Shown here: in pieces, positions 27,532 through 37,462 of the stretch
Layout of the letters: each line of letters starts with the position of its first letter
Position numbering within the stretch: the stretch's first letter is position 1
IMG/VR virus record: IMGVR_UViG_3300038701_002504
Span: 19,235-83,234 of that record
Strand: one strand, 5' to 3'
Length of the DNA stretch: 64,000 nt
DNA from: a virus
Program-made: the position numbers and the translations under genes
Notes under the pieces: generated by a model
Databases searched by the model: none
The model's input: only the letters and a program-made list of their open reading frames with translations
What the model was told of the DNA's origin: nothing

Positions 27532-28886
27532 TGGAAGCTTTAACACAGATTGAAGAAGTTGTTTTATACAAGTTTGGATATAATCCTATATCTTTAACAA
27601 ATGATTTCATAAACATTGCTCCACAGACTTTGGAAGTGAATATTTTTGACAGTATATTCTCACCTGTTGTGAGAGCAGAAATCGTGGTGAATGACGCAAT
27701 TGGTCTCTTTACTAACTTTCCTCTTACTGGTGAAGAGATTGTAAAGATATCAATTAAAAATGATGATTATAGCAGAACCGAATTCTTTGTAATTGATTTA
27801 ATTAAAGAAATTGAAATATCGGATGATAACAGAGTTGCAACCTATAATATGAATCTGGTAAGCATGGAATCATGGGCAAATGCTCGTAGAACAGTTCAGA
27901 AAGCATATAATATGCCTCTGATGGAGGCTGCTGGCGAAATTTATAATGAATACATTATTAAAGAATTAAAGAAAATTCTTCCATATTACGAACCAAAGCC
28001 ATTTAATGAAGGTTTATCTGATGAAAGCACGAAGCTCACAATCATACCAAACCTAAATCCATTTGCTGCAATCAATATGTTGGCTAAGTTGATTGAGCCT
28101 GCAAAGGATTCTCCTCTTACATCATATATGTTTTATCAGAACGTGGATGGATATCACCTGAAATCTTTACAGGAAATGTTTGATGATATGAGAGCATATG
28201 CGCAACGTAAGTTAGCTTATGAGAACAAATACAGATATACATCAGATGACATTCCAGGTAATGATAAATTCTCGAATGATGGGCGAATTGTTTCAAATAT
28301 TGTATTCAATAAGAGACATTCTCCTCTTCAGAAGATTCAACTGGGTTATTTTCAGAATAAATTATTTGAAATAAACATTGCTCAGAAGGGTTATCATATC
28401 ACTGAAACAAAACCTGATGAGATTGAACGAATTTCTGCGCATCGTCTAAATACAACAAAATATGAAGCACTCACTCCAATATTTGAAGGCGAAGAGTATT
28501 CAAACCGCACAAGATACGCAGTTACCACACAAAAAGAAAACGATCTCTCTTTTCCTGTATCGGAAAGAAGAAATCGTTGGGGTAGAGATTTGATATCTCA
28601 TATTGCAATGTCACAGATTGATTTGACTATCACAATTGATGGTAATCCTGATCTAAAACCAGGCGGATTGATTTATCTAGAAGTTGCAAAAGCACATGGC
28701 TTCAATGAGAATGAGGAAGACGATCTGATATCTGGTTATTTTCTTATAACAGAAAAAAGGGATGTTGTATCGCAAACTGGGCAATACAAATCATCCCTTC
28801 GAATTCAGAAAGATTCTTACGAATCAGATGTGAATAGACCTTCTGAATATAAAGTTGGTGTAGAGAAAGAATTATTCTATTTCTAG
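27531..28886 (+). CDS. Baseplate hub protein (gp27-like)
   Basis: Position after gp53; IFDSIFSP, PLTGEE, MFYQNVDGYHLKSL, IDGNPDLKPG, SGYFLI. Confidence 0.6.
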   Translation: MEALTQIEEVVLYKFGYNPISLTNDFINIAPQTLEVNIFDSIFSPVVRAEIVVNDAIGLFTNFPLTGEEIVKISIKNDDYSRTEFFVIDLIKEIEISDDNRVATYNMNLVSMESWANARRTVQKAYNMPLMEAAGEIYNEYIIKELKKILPYYEPKPFNEGLSDESTKLTIIPNLNPFAAINMLAKLIEPAKDSPLTSYMFYQNVDGYHLKSLQEMFDDMRAYAQRKLAYENKYRYTSDDIPGNDKFSNDGRIVSNIVFNKRHSPLQKIQLGYFQNKLFEINIAQKGYHITETKPDEIERISAHRLNTTKYEALTPIFEGEEYSNRTRYAVTTQKENDLSFPVSERRNRWGRDLISHIAMSQIDLTITIDGNPDLKPGGLIYLEVAKAHGFNENEEDDLISGYFLITEKRDVVSQTGQYKSSLRIQKDSYESDVNRPSEYKVGVEKELFYF

Positions 28887-29551
28887 TACGTAACTTTTAA
28901 GAACGTTGGGCAGTCACTTCTATTACAAACATATCCCATCACAGTTTGTAATGAAAGACCACATACTGAACAAGTACACGCACTTGTTTTATCATATGGT
29001 GGCCATGTAAATGGCGATGGAATACTTGGCGATGGAACAAGAGGCTTAATCTTCTTAGGTTTGTCTTTAATATCCATTACAACTTGATATATAGCATCCT
29101 CAAAGTTTTCTGTAATCAGAAGATGTTCCATATCATGATACTTCAAAGTTTCATAAACATTTGTGTAACGATAATATAATTCAGGACACCAAACAAGAAT
29201 TCTTTTATTTGAATTAATTGCTAAGCCAAGCTCGAGAAGAGTAATAGGACTTGTTGTATTCTCATCAAAGAAGAAAACAATTAGATCTGAGATTTCCTGA
29301 GCATTCAGCTCCCAATCAATCTGTTCACGAACTGCATCCACAGTTGCATCTGGATCCCAATTTTCTCTACGCGGATTAAAAATGATCACATTATCACCGA
29401 ATTTATTCTGTAGATTTTGTGCAAGAGATTTCTGCCAATTCTTTGCTCTGCCATTCTCAATTGAGCCAGCAAGAAAAACTTTTGTAGTGCTTTTTTCGTC
29501 ACAGGCTTTCATGGCCTTGAATGTTAATTTTGTTTCAGGTGTGAGTATCAT
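28883..29551 (-). CDS. Nucleoside 2-deoxyribosyltransferase-like protein with Cys-rich tail
   Basis: VFLAGSI, NPRRENWD, QIDWEL, SPITLLELG; C-terminal CTCSVC...CNRSDCP. Confidence 0.75.
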   Translation of the reverse strand: MILTPETKLTFKAMKACDEKSTTKVFLAGSIENGRAKNWQKSLAQNLQNKFGDNVIIFNPRRENWDPDATVDAVREQIDWELNAQEISDLIVFFFDENTTSPITLLELGLAINSNKRILVWCPELYYRYTNVYETLKYHDMEHLLITENFEDAIYQVVMDIKDKPKKIKPLVPSPSIPSPFTWPPYDKTSACTCSVCGLSLQTVMGYVCNRSDCPTFLKVTY

Positions 29552-29783
29552 TTGTTTCCTTTATTGTGATTTTCCCAGTTTTGACCAACCATCCTAAATA
29601 TGTTTGCATTGGTCCTACAGCAGTGAATGTATCAATCATAGTTCGTTTTGAATATACATCCCTAAATTCGTGATGGAAGTTTAATAAACTTGATGCAACA
29701 AAAATAGGATCAATACACTCCTGTGCTTCCTCTAATGTGATTTTTTTCTCTTCAGGCTTTTTGAAATATTTGAAAATATTCAT
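29535..29783 (-). CDS. Hypothetical protein
   Basis: Part of a tightly packed minus-strand cluster. Confidence 0.5.
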   Translation of the reverse strand: MNIFKYFKKPEEKKITLEEAQECIDPIFVASSLLNFHHEFRDVYSKRTMIDTFTAVGPMQTYLGWLVKTGKITIKETNDTHT

Positions 29784-30025
29784 TCGTCCCTCACATATGC
29801 TAAATATGATTCAGCAAAATCTTCTTCCATAGAATCTGTCACAAGACTGTATAGAACATCGCTTTCTACACGAATATTTATCGGCCTATCGTCTTCATAT
29901 AGTTGATAATCAGCGATGATAGGCGAATATTCAACGCCATCATCGTCTTCAAGTGTGAGAGTGATATTATACACTTCATCATCGATCTGAATATCAGTGT
30001 AATAATCTTTTGTGAAATAACCCAT
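29780..30025 (-). CDS. Hypothetical acidic protein
   Basis: AGGAG RBS; overlaps neighbours. Confidence 0.55.
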   Translation of the reverse strand: MGYFTKDYYTDIQIDDEVYNITLTLEDDDGVEYSPIIADYQLYEDDRPINIRVESDVLYSLVTDSMEEDFAESYLAYVRDE

Positions 30026-30187
30026 CTTACTCTTCCTTTACTACTGCTTGAGCATACAAATCCCGGTAACCATTCGTATGCGATACCGAAACACCACCAT
30101 GTAATTTATATCCATAATCATTCACCCACATTAACACCTGTTTTTCCAGAGAAAGTGTGCTATATGCTGTTAATACACGATATTTCA

Positions 30188-30391
30188 TTACATTGCTTCC
30201 TTGTCAATATATGTAATCACAATATCCTGACCAGGAACACTTCGCATTGAGGCAAAGATGTAATCAGGGTTATCCTTTTCAAACTCAGCAATAAGAATAT
30301 CATTCTCCTCTTCTGTGTTCTTCAGAGGAAGAGTAAGGCTTTTCATAGTGTCATTTTTCAGAAGTTCAAAAAATTCTTTTGAAAAAGTCAT
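30188..30391 (-). CDS. Hypothetical protein
   Basis: 67-aa ORF in the cluster. Confidence 0.5.
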   Translation of the reverse strand: MTFSKEFFELLKNDTMKSLTLPLKNTEEENDILIAEFEKDNPDYIFASMRSVPGQDIVITYIDKEAM

Positions 30392-30578
30392 GGCTTATAT
30401 CTTTCTTAGATTATTAATCATAGAGTTCATTGAGCAAATCCTCATTATCTATCCGTAAATTTCTCATTTTACTTTCAATTTGCTGAAGTAATAATAGAGC
30501 TTCGTCAATGTCGTCATCGTCATACATTGCTTCGATGATTAAATCACGTAGTTTCTTTTCAGGACTTTCAATCAACAT

Positions 30579-30893
30579 TTAAACCTCACTTAAAAACAAA
30601 ACTTCTTCAGAAATCTTATATGCCAACACATCGATTTGATCATAATGAGATTTTAAAATATTCATAATTTTAATAATTTCATCTCGAGTGCAAGCGATGC
30701 GTACTGGGATCATTCTTTCACGATATTCTATACCAGTTGTTTGATCCTGCCATATGCCAATAGATGGTGTATAGATAGTCAAACCTTTAGAAATAGATTT
30801 TACACGTCTATCCCATTCACGATGATGACGGGTTCTGAAAGGTTTACCTTCATTTGATATAGTAGGTACCATTATTTCCCATAAAGCTTTCAT
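30579..30893 (-). CDS. Hypothetical protein
   Basis: 104-aa ORF; WEIMVPT, ERMIPVRIAC. Confidence 0.55.
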   Translation of the reverse strand: MKALWEIMVPTISNEGKPFRTRHHREWDRRVKSISKGLTIYTPSIGIWQDQTTGIEYRERMIPVRIACTRDEIIKIMNILKSHYDQIDVLAYKISEEVLFLSEV

Positions 30894-30894
30894 T

Positions 30895-31140
30895 TCAATC
30901 CCCAGTAAATTCTAATGGGATTTCTTCTTCAAGATCATTCATATATCTCCAACACAGGATTTCTGTTGAAAAATCCCATTCAAAGAGACCATCAATAATA
31001 ACCATATATCCATTGCTGATTTTAACACTCTTATACACAGCAAATCGACTTTTATGTCTAGGCTCTGCTAGATAAATGAGTACATTTTCACCATCAGGTG
31101 GTTTCTGATCTTTGAATTTGATCCATGGAGAATTAGACAT
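30895..31140 (-). CDS. DUF551-like protein
   Basis: WIKFKDQKPPDGENVLIY N-terminus, W-x-Y/P-like C-terminus. Confidence 0.6.
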   Translation of the reverse strand: MSNSPWIKFKDQKPPDGENVLIYLAEPRHKSRFAVYKSVKISNGYMVIIDGLFEWDFSTEILCWRYMNDLEEEIPLEFTGD

Positions 31141-31644
31141 TTAGTTTCCAAACTTATCTTTAAGGCGCTCATATTCCGCCTTTTCTTTTTCCTCTTTGAA
31201 TTTTGCAGCTGCATCATCCTTTGCTTTTTCTTCAAGTTCCTTGATTTGAAGAAGTTCTTTTTTAATACGTTCTTCTTTTTCATAACAAGTTGGATCGCCC
31301 AGATAGGACTGTGGAAAGATGACATATATAGTATCGCCGCCGCCCTGATTGCTCCAATAAAATCGAACTACAACCACTTCTTTATTTGGTGGATAATTCA
31401 CATTACACTCAGGATAATATCCAGGGTCACCAAATATTTTTAAGTCATAAGAATCAAACCCATAGCGCCTCGAATCTATATCAGATCCAGTTCGAATCTT
31501 ATAGATTTTTGCTGCAATATTTGATAATTCAACCCCAATTTGATTGATTTTTTCTTCAGCCTTTAGAATTTCATTCGCAGTAACCATAACAATTCTCCTT
31601 AGTCTGGATCGTCCAAAACCTGAACTAAAGTTTCGTATTCCCAA
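31141..31644 (-). CDS. Hypothetical protein with coiled-coil tail
   Basis: Open frame with Glu/Lys-rich tail; true start probably MVTANE. Confidence 0.5.
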   Translation of the reverse strand: MGIRNFSSGFGRSRLRRIVMVTANEILKAEEKINQIGVELSNIAAKIYKIRTGSDIDSRRYGFDSYDLKIFGDPGYYPECNVNYPPNKEVVVVRFYWSNQGGGDTIYVIFPQSYLGDPTCYEKEERIKKELLQIKELEEKAKDDAAAKFKEEKEKAEYERLKDKFGN

Positions 31645-31820
31645 GTGCTTCTACCATATGATGGTACTAAAACATGATCTCGATAATATTCGGCTTTTTC
31701 TTGACAAGAAAAAACACCGACAACACCACCACCACTATCTATAACTTCGTTGTAGACGTCACAAACAGGGTAGCTAAATAATATCCATACTATCATAACG
31801 TCTCTCCTTCATTTAACTTT

Positions 31821-31848
31821 AATATATACAAATTTCTCGACATGTACA
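31821..31848 (-). promoter_or_regulatory. Early promoter TGTACA-N16-TATATT driving the minus-strand accessory cluster
   Basis: Reverse complement TGTACAtgtcgagaaatttgtaTATATT; back-to-back with late box ATAAATA at 31851. Confidence 0.65.
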
Positions 31849-31874
31849 CAATAAATATCAATAAAAGGATAAAA

Positions 31875-32774
31875 ATGAATTTCTATGGAGATAATGTCCG
31901 CCATTGGGTGGGCATCGTAAAAGAAAAAGTTGATGAGACATATGTAAAGGTACGTATATTCGGAATTCATCCTCTGGAAGAATCTGAATTAAGCTCATCT
32001 GACTTACCACTCGCTGTTGTGCTTTATCCTACAACAGGAGCACAGATGGGCTTTGGTAATGTATCTCATAATTTAGAACCTGACACATGGGTGATGGGTA
32101 TCTCTCTGGATGATACATTTATGCAGCCAATTATTACTGGAGTGATACAGGGAACTGATTATTCAATGTCTACATCGTCTTCGGGCGGCGGTGTTTTTCC
32201 TAATGATGAAAACTACACCGGTAATGGCGAAAATCCAAATGTAGATACGACCGCTGTCACAAATATTCCAGGTGGTTCTAATATAGAAAAGACTTATAAT
32301 TATGTGTATTCGAAACTCACTGCGGAAGGATCGTCGAATGATCCACATCTTCATGCGTCTGCACTTGTTGGTGTTCTACGTCTAGAGACCACTAATATAA
32401 ATCCTGCTGTAGTAGGCGGCTATAAAGGAAGAGCATGGGGTATATGTCAATGGTTAGGAAGTCGTAGAGTTAAATTATTTAAAAAATACGGAAGAACAAA
32501 GAGATTAGATCATCAGTTGGATTTTATGTGGTGGGAATTGAATGGTGATGAAGCACGAGCAAAAAGAAGATGGCTTTCAGCAACAAACCTTCCTGATGCT
32601 GTCGCAGGTTTTGCAGCATTTGAAAGAAATGAGAACTGGGATTTAAAGACGGCACAAGTGAAGCGAGGTCACCCCAATTTTAAGAAACAGTTAAGATATG
32701 CGTATGAAGTTTACAATACAATCAGTCATACGAAATATCCACAGGAAAATTCTGCATATAGAGGACCACAATGA
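31875..32774 (+). CDS. gp5 N-terminal OB-fold fused to a phage-tail lysozyme domain
   Basis: HWVGIVK...VKVRIFGIHP...WVMGISLD...PIITG (gp5 OB); AWGICQWLGSRR...QLDFMWWEL (lysozyme). Confidence 0.75.
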   Translation: MNFYGDNVRHWVGIVKEKVDETYVKVRIFGIHPLEESELSSSDLPLAVVLYPTTGAQMGFGNVSHNLEPDTWVMGISLDDTFMQPIITGVIQGTDYSMSTSSSGGGVFPNDENYTGNGENPNVDTTAVTNIPGGSNIEKTYNYVYSKLTAEGSSNDPHLHASALVGVLRLETTNINPAVVGGYKGRAWGICQWLGSRRVKLFKKYGRTKRLDHQLDFMWWELNGDEARAKRRWLSATNLPDAVAGFAAFERNENWDLKTAQVKRGHPNFKKQLRYAYEVYNTISHTKYPQENSAYRGPQ

Positions 32775-34660
32775 CGCGTAAAAAAATCAAAGAGAACACA
32801 GCGATTGGTAATGGGTTAGATCCAAGTTCTTCAAACATAACAAATGCATCTTCACCTTTAAGATCACAAGTTTCTACTGGATCACGCAATCCACATTACG
32901 AAGAAGAAAGTGAATCAGCTACATCATTGATGGGGCCAGGAGACGGTGTTCCACAGGTTGGTGGATCCATATTAAGCCAAAAATATGGTTGGGTTGGAGC
33001 ATCTGGAACTTCAATAGTGATGGATGATACTCCAGGTAATGAAACGGTTGAAATTACACATCATTCCGGTGCAACAGTAAGAATAGATCCTGATGGTTCT
33101 GTATTTCTAGTATCTTCTTCATCAAAAGGAATTGGTGTATCTGCTCCATATGGTGATGCTTACATGAGCGCTGCTGGAGATATTGTGTTGAAAGGCTCCT
33201 CTCTTTCATTTGATACAACCGGTGATGCTACATTCTCTGTTGGTGGAACTTTTAATCTCGTATGTGATGCTTATAAACTTACAACAAATGTGATGGATGA
33301 AACAATAGATGGTTCAGCTTCTCGTTCTGTTACAAATGATGATTCGGAAGTGATTGGAGGCATTCAAAGATCTACTGTTGCTGGAGATCGTATGCAACAA
33401 ACAACAGGTAAAAATCTTACACATGTTGGAGGAGATAACAGTACAAACGTAAATGGTAAAGAAACAATTGATGTAATGGGTGATAGAGATATCGCTGTTG
33501 GTGGAGATGCACAATATTCTGCTGTTGGAACACAGAAAATAGTATCTGAGGGAGATGCTTTCCTTAGTTCTTCTGGTAATTCGAAAGTGTTGGCTGGCGC
33601 TGATGCTGTTGTTGCCGGTGCAACTGAAGCGAGAGTACTTGGTGGATCTTCTGTGAAAGTTTCTGCTCCCACTGCAATTATGTCGGGTGATGCAACAAAG
33701 GTAACAGCAACAGGAACTATTAACGTAACAGGTGGTCTATCTGCGAAGGTATCTGCACCTGATGCTTCAGTTCATGGTAATGCCATTACTCTTGGTACTG
33801 GAAATCTAATCGCTCCTGAACCATCAGGTTCTCCATCTGCTTCTATTGGTGCGGCTGAGACCGTTGATGGCCCAGATGATACTGAAGCAACATGTGAATC
33901 TTCTGAAGCACAGATTGTTCCAGCAAATGATATTGTTGATTCACTTACATCAACTAGAAAATATCCGCAATTCCCAGGAAATGGATATCGTATGTCTGCT
34001 GATGCTGGATCGATTTACACAGTATCGCATGACAGTTCGCCAGGAGCTGAGGAAGTATACAGCTCCTATTCTTCACAAAATTATGGCAACGCAAATCCAG
34101 CTTCTATGGAGTCATATGGTTCTGTTCCAGAAATCGATAATGGATCTAGACGTGAAGGTATTACGGGAACAGAACCAGGAATATCAGTGCCTGGTAAACA
34201 TAATAATTCTTCTAAGATTTCAAGATTCTTTACGCTTGGCGCTTTGGTAAATGCTAAACATTCACATAGAATTCCTCCTAGTGTTTATGAAAATGTAGTA
34301 AAGAACCACATCTATGCTGCGTATAATGTGCTGGATCCAATTAAAGAAAGATTTCCTAACATTATTATCACGTCTGCATATAGAGGAAATAGTTCTAATC
34401 ATAGAACAGGTCTCGCAATTGATTTGGTTGTGGAATCTCGTTCATTAGATCAACATGCTGAAATTGCACGATTTGTAAGAGATAATCTACCAGTAGATCA
34501 GGTTTTCCTTGAAAGAAATACATCAGGGAGAACTCATGTTCATATACGCGCATCAAGATCTGGTGCTACTCCAACTGTATTAACATGCGGCGATCCTCGT
34601 TGTAGATCCAGAACATCAGGAATATCTATTGAATATTTAAGAAAAAAGGGCGTTAGATAA
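32771..34660 (+). CDS. gp5 C-terminal beta-helix spike fused to an M15-family peptidase
   Basis: MDDTPGNE..EITHHSG, repeated VxGD strands; ITSAYR..SNHRTGLAIDL...HVHI. Confidence 0.75.
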   Translation: MTRKKIKENTAIGNGLDPSSSNITNASSPLRSQVSTGSRNPHYEEESESATSLMGPGDGVPQVGGSILSQKYGWVGASGTSIVMDDTPGNETVEITHHSGATVRIDPDGSVFLVSSSSKGIGVSAPYGDAYMSAAGDIVLKGSSLSFDTTGDATFSVGGTFNLVCDAYKLTTNVMDETIDGSASRSVTNDDSEVIGGIQRSTVAGDRMQQTTGKNLTHVGGDNSTNVNGKETIDVMGDRDIAVGGDAQYSAVGTQKIVSEGDAFLSSSGNSKVLAGADAVVAGATEARVLGGSSVKVSAPTAIMSGDATKVTATGTINVTGGLSAKVSAPDASVHGNAITLGTGNLIAPEPSGSPSASIGAAETVDGPDDTEATCESSEAQIVPANDIVDSLTSTRKYPQFPGNGYRMSADAGSIYTVSHDSSPGAEEVYSSYSSQNYGNANPASMESYGSVPEIDNGSRREGITGTEPGISVPGKHNNSSKISRFFTLGALVNAKHSHRIPPSVYENVVKNHIYAAYNVLDPIKERFPNIIITSAYRGNSSNHRTGLAIDLVVESRSLDQHAEIARFVRDNLPVDQVFLERNTSGRTHVHIRASRSGATPTVLTCGDPRCRSRTSGISIEYLRKKGVR

Positions 34661-35901
34661 TGGCTGAACAAGATCCTTCGCGTGGTACGGTAAACGATAC
34701 ATCAACTGTAGTTCTGGACGCGGACACTCTGGCAGATGTACAGCGTGGTAAAATAAAGAGACCTGAATTCTACGGAGATATGTCAATGTCTGCGATGGGT
34801 TTCGGTAATTTCCAACAAGCTGTAAGCACCGCCGGAACATATTTTAATTTTGCAAAAAATATAGCCGACAGTTTGACTGATGCAAGATCTGCTGATGATC
34901 GAGTATTTCGTCTCACAAGAGATGAATATACACAGATTGAAAAGAAAGCTGCAAGCATCTCGAGATTCGGTTCTGTTCCATATGAAACAATACTTACCTT
35001 TATTACGATTCTTTGCTTGGTTGATAATAAAGTTGATATGGAAAAGATATCCTCAGTGCTTGAAATAGAGGAATTGAACGAGAGTGTGATACGTAAACCA
35101 TATCTTATCATAGAAATACGAGACCTTTATAAGATTGTTTACATGGCTTCTGCTCTGGATTCGTTGATAAAACTCTTTAATCGTTATCTCACAGCATCAC
35201 AGGCAACAGCACAGAATATTAATAGTGACGATATATCAGACTTATTTTCAAATATTGGTTCACTTCTGGGAGGTCTTTCTGGAGGTGGAGCGTCTTCAAA
35301 ATTAGCGAATATGACCGGATCTGAGGATGCCCTGGGTCACTTTATGTCAGAATTGCTGGAAGGAAAGAGAATTCCGATGCCAGTGATCGCAAAGAACCCA
35401 ATGAAACAATCACCATCATATACAGGTCAGGCTCTATTTGGAGAGTCTCCAACCCCACTTTCATTGATGGATATTACTGAAGTTTTTAATAAGAAAATTG
35501 CTGTCTTTCCTAAACCTTCAAATGGTGCAGGTATGAGTTCATTTGGTATGCAGAATTTCTCTTCTCTTTCAGGTTCTATGAACTTATCAACAATGATCAG
35601 TAAGCTGAATTTTGGCGGAAGCACACCTACTCCAGGTTCTTATATTGATAAACAGATTACTGCGATTGGCGAAAAGATAAAACTTATGACAGGTGTGAAG
35701 GATACTGAAACATTTGAATTAAATCGAGCTGATGTGGCAATTCCAATGCAGATTGCAATGTCAGCATCTAATTGTGGATTGGATAAGACTCCATTTGCTA
35801 CGAAGTCGTTTCAGAATGGTTGGCAATTGTCAAATCATATAAATAATTTCATGCAAAATAACAATCCCGATTTCTTCAAAATAATTAAAGGTCTATCATA
35901 A
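34660..35901 (+). CDS. Hypothetical virion protein
   Basis: 413 aa in the baseplate operon, translationally coupled. Confidence 0.55.
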   Translation: MAEQDPSRGTVNDTSTVVLDADTLADVQRGKIKRPEFYGDMSMSAMGFGNFQQAVSTAGTYFNFAKNIADSLTDARSADDRVFRLTRDEYTQIEKKAASISRFGSVPYETILTFITILCLVDNKVDMEKISSVLEIEELNESVIRKPYLIIEIRDLYKIVYMASALDSLIKLFNRYLTASQATAQNINSDDISDLFSNIGSLLGGLSGGGASSKLANMTGSEDALGHFMSELLEGKRIPMPVIAKNPMKQSPSYTGQALFGESPTPLSLMDITEVFNKKIAVFPKPSNGAGMSSFGMQNFSSLSGSMNLSTMISKLNFGGSTPTPGSYIDKQITAIGEKIKLMTGVKDTETFELNRADVAIPMQIAMSASNCGLDKTPFATKSFQNGWQLSNHINNFMQNNNPDFFKIIKGLS

Positions 35902-35902
35902 A

Positions 35903-37075
35903 ATGCAACCATATTCACTAATGCATAATCTATCCTTTAAAATGTTATTGGAGAATCGTATTGATTTTCTTCAGAAGTACTATGAAGATAAAGTATCTAA
36001 ACATGGGTTTAGATTTAATATGCCCATGTGGGCTTCAATACTAAATGCCGATCCTACAAATAAAAAGATTTATCTTCAGTGGATCATTAATCAAGTATTC
36101 AATATGGGAAATGATAGACTTTATGATGAGGATCTTTATAAAGTAACAGATGCTTTGATCATTTATGATCGTATCAAAAGACAATTCTCTAAGAAAGACA
36201 TTAATCAATATAAGACTTATAGAGAATTGGTGAATGAAGCTGATAATCTTTCAGATAATAAATCTGGTAAAGAAATTAAAAAAGATGAAATGAAAAAAGC
36301 TCTAGAGCAGTCAAAAATTGTATATAAAGGCTCAGATGGAAGCATCATCATTCCATATACAAAGGAAGCTTCTTGTATTCTTGGTCGTGGTACTAAATGG
36401 TGTACTGCTGCTACTGGTTCAAAGAATTTTTTCCAAGCATATAATAAAGATGGCCCTCTGTATGTTATTGAATATAAAAGTAAGAAATATCAATTTCATT
36501 TAGAATCTAATTCATATATGGATGAAAGAGACTATGAAATTAATGAAGATGAGCCTGTCGTTGCTTGGTTTTTCAATAAAATACCTATAAAGAATATATT
36601 GGACGCAGCTCGTATAGAAGCGAATGGCATTCTTAAATGGTATCCCAGCGCATCAAAACAAATACAGTTAGTCGCTGTGAAAGCTTCTCCATATTCAATA
36701 TCATACATTCAAAATCCATCTGAAGATGTACAGCTTGCTGCTGTTAGATCAGAAGTTGAATGTATAGATCATTTCAAACCAACCGAAAAGGTTCAACTAT
36801 ATGCTGTTAAGACAGAACCTACAAATATTATGTATATAGAAAATCCAACTGAAGTTGTGCAGGAATATGTTGTAAGAAAAATATTCGCTAAAAAGAGCAT
36901 TACGCCTTTAAATCTCACATTTTTTCCAAAAGAAGAAAAAGTGAGTGAAAAAATAAAGGAACTCTGTATATCACTGGAATCCAATAGTATATTTAGATTG
37001 TTTCGTCCATCAGAAAACCTTAAACGGTTTTATGAAAAGAAAACTGGTAAACTTTACATTAATGGCGGAAAATAA
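35903..37075 (+). CDS. Putative capsid-targeted protein with WCT-motif domain and ~23-aa C-terminal repeats
   Basis: MHNLSFKMLLE leader (35921); LGRGTKWCTAA...GPLY...KYQFH; four PS/TExVQLxAV repeats (DUF4116-like). Confidence 0.5.
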   Translation: MQPYSLMHNLSFKMLLENRIDFLQKYYEDKVSKHGFRFNMPMWASILNADPTNKKIYLQWIINQVFNMGNDRLYDEDLYKVTDALIIYDRIKRQFSKKDINQYKTYRELVNEADNLSDNKSGKEIKKDEMKKALEQSKIVYKGSDGSIIIPYTKEASCILGRGTKWCTAATGSKNFFQAYNKDGPLYVIEYKSKKYQFHLESNSYMDERDYEINEDEPVVAWFFNKIPIKNILDAARIEANGILKWYPSASKQIQLVAVKASPYSISYIQNPSEDVQLAAVRSEVECIDHFKPTEKVQLYAVKTEPTNIMYIENPTEVVQEYVVRKIFAKKSITPLNLTFFPKEEKVSEKIKELCISLESNSIFRLFRPSENLKRFYEKKTGKLYINGGK

Positions 37076-37462
37076 ATGAGACAAGTAATATACAGAGACC
37101 TTAAAAAGTCATTCGACAAACATCCTGTGAGTAATGATCTTCTCACAATATCCGAAGAGGATGCTGTAAAAGACTCTATTATGAATATTGTCTTCACATC
37201 TCCGTATGAGAGATATCGTAATCCAAGATTTGGCGCAGGAATTCCTGCTGATTTGTTTGAAAATTTGAGCCCACAGACCGAATACCAAGTAAAGAACCGT
37301 ATTGAGAATGCAATTAATACATACGAGCCACGTGCTATTCTTCAGAATGTTGCTGTTGCAGCAAATCTAGATCAGAATAATTATGTTGTGAGTATTCAAT
37401 TCCGCGTGAGAAACAGTTTTGAAATTATTACTGTACAGAATATTCTAAGGAGAATACGATGA
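37076..37462 (+). CDS. gp25: Baseplate wedge subunit (gp25-like)
   Basis: AVKDSIMNI..T..YER..NPRFG, INTYEPRA. Confidence 0.88.
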   Translation: MRQVIYRDLKKSFDKHPVSNDLLTISEEDAVKDSIMNIVFTSPYERYRNPRFGAGIPADLFENLSPQTEYQVKNRIENAINTYEPRAILQNVAVAANLDQNNYVVSIQFRVRNSFEIITVQNILRRIR

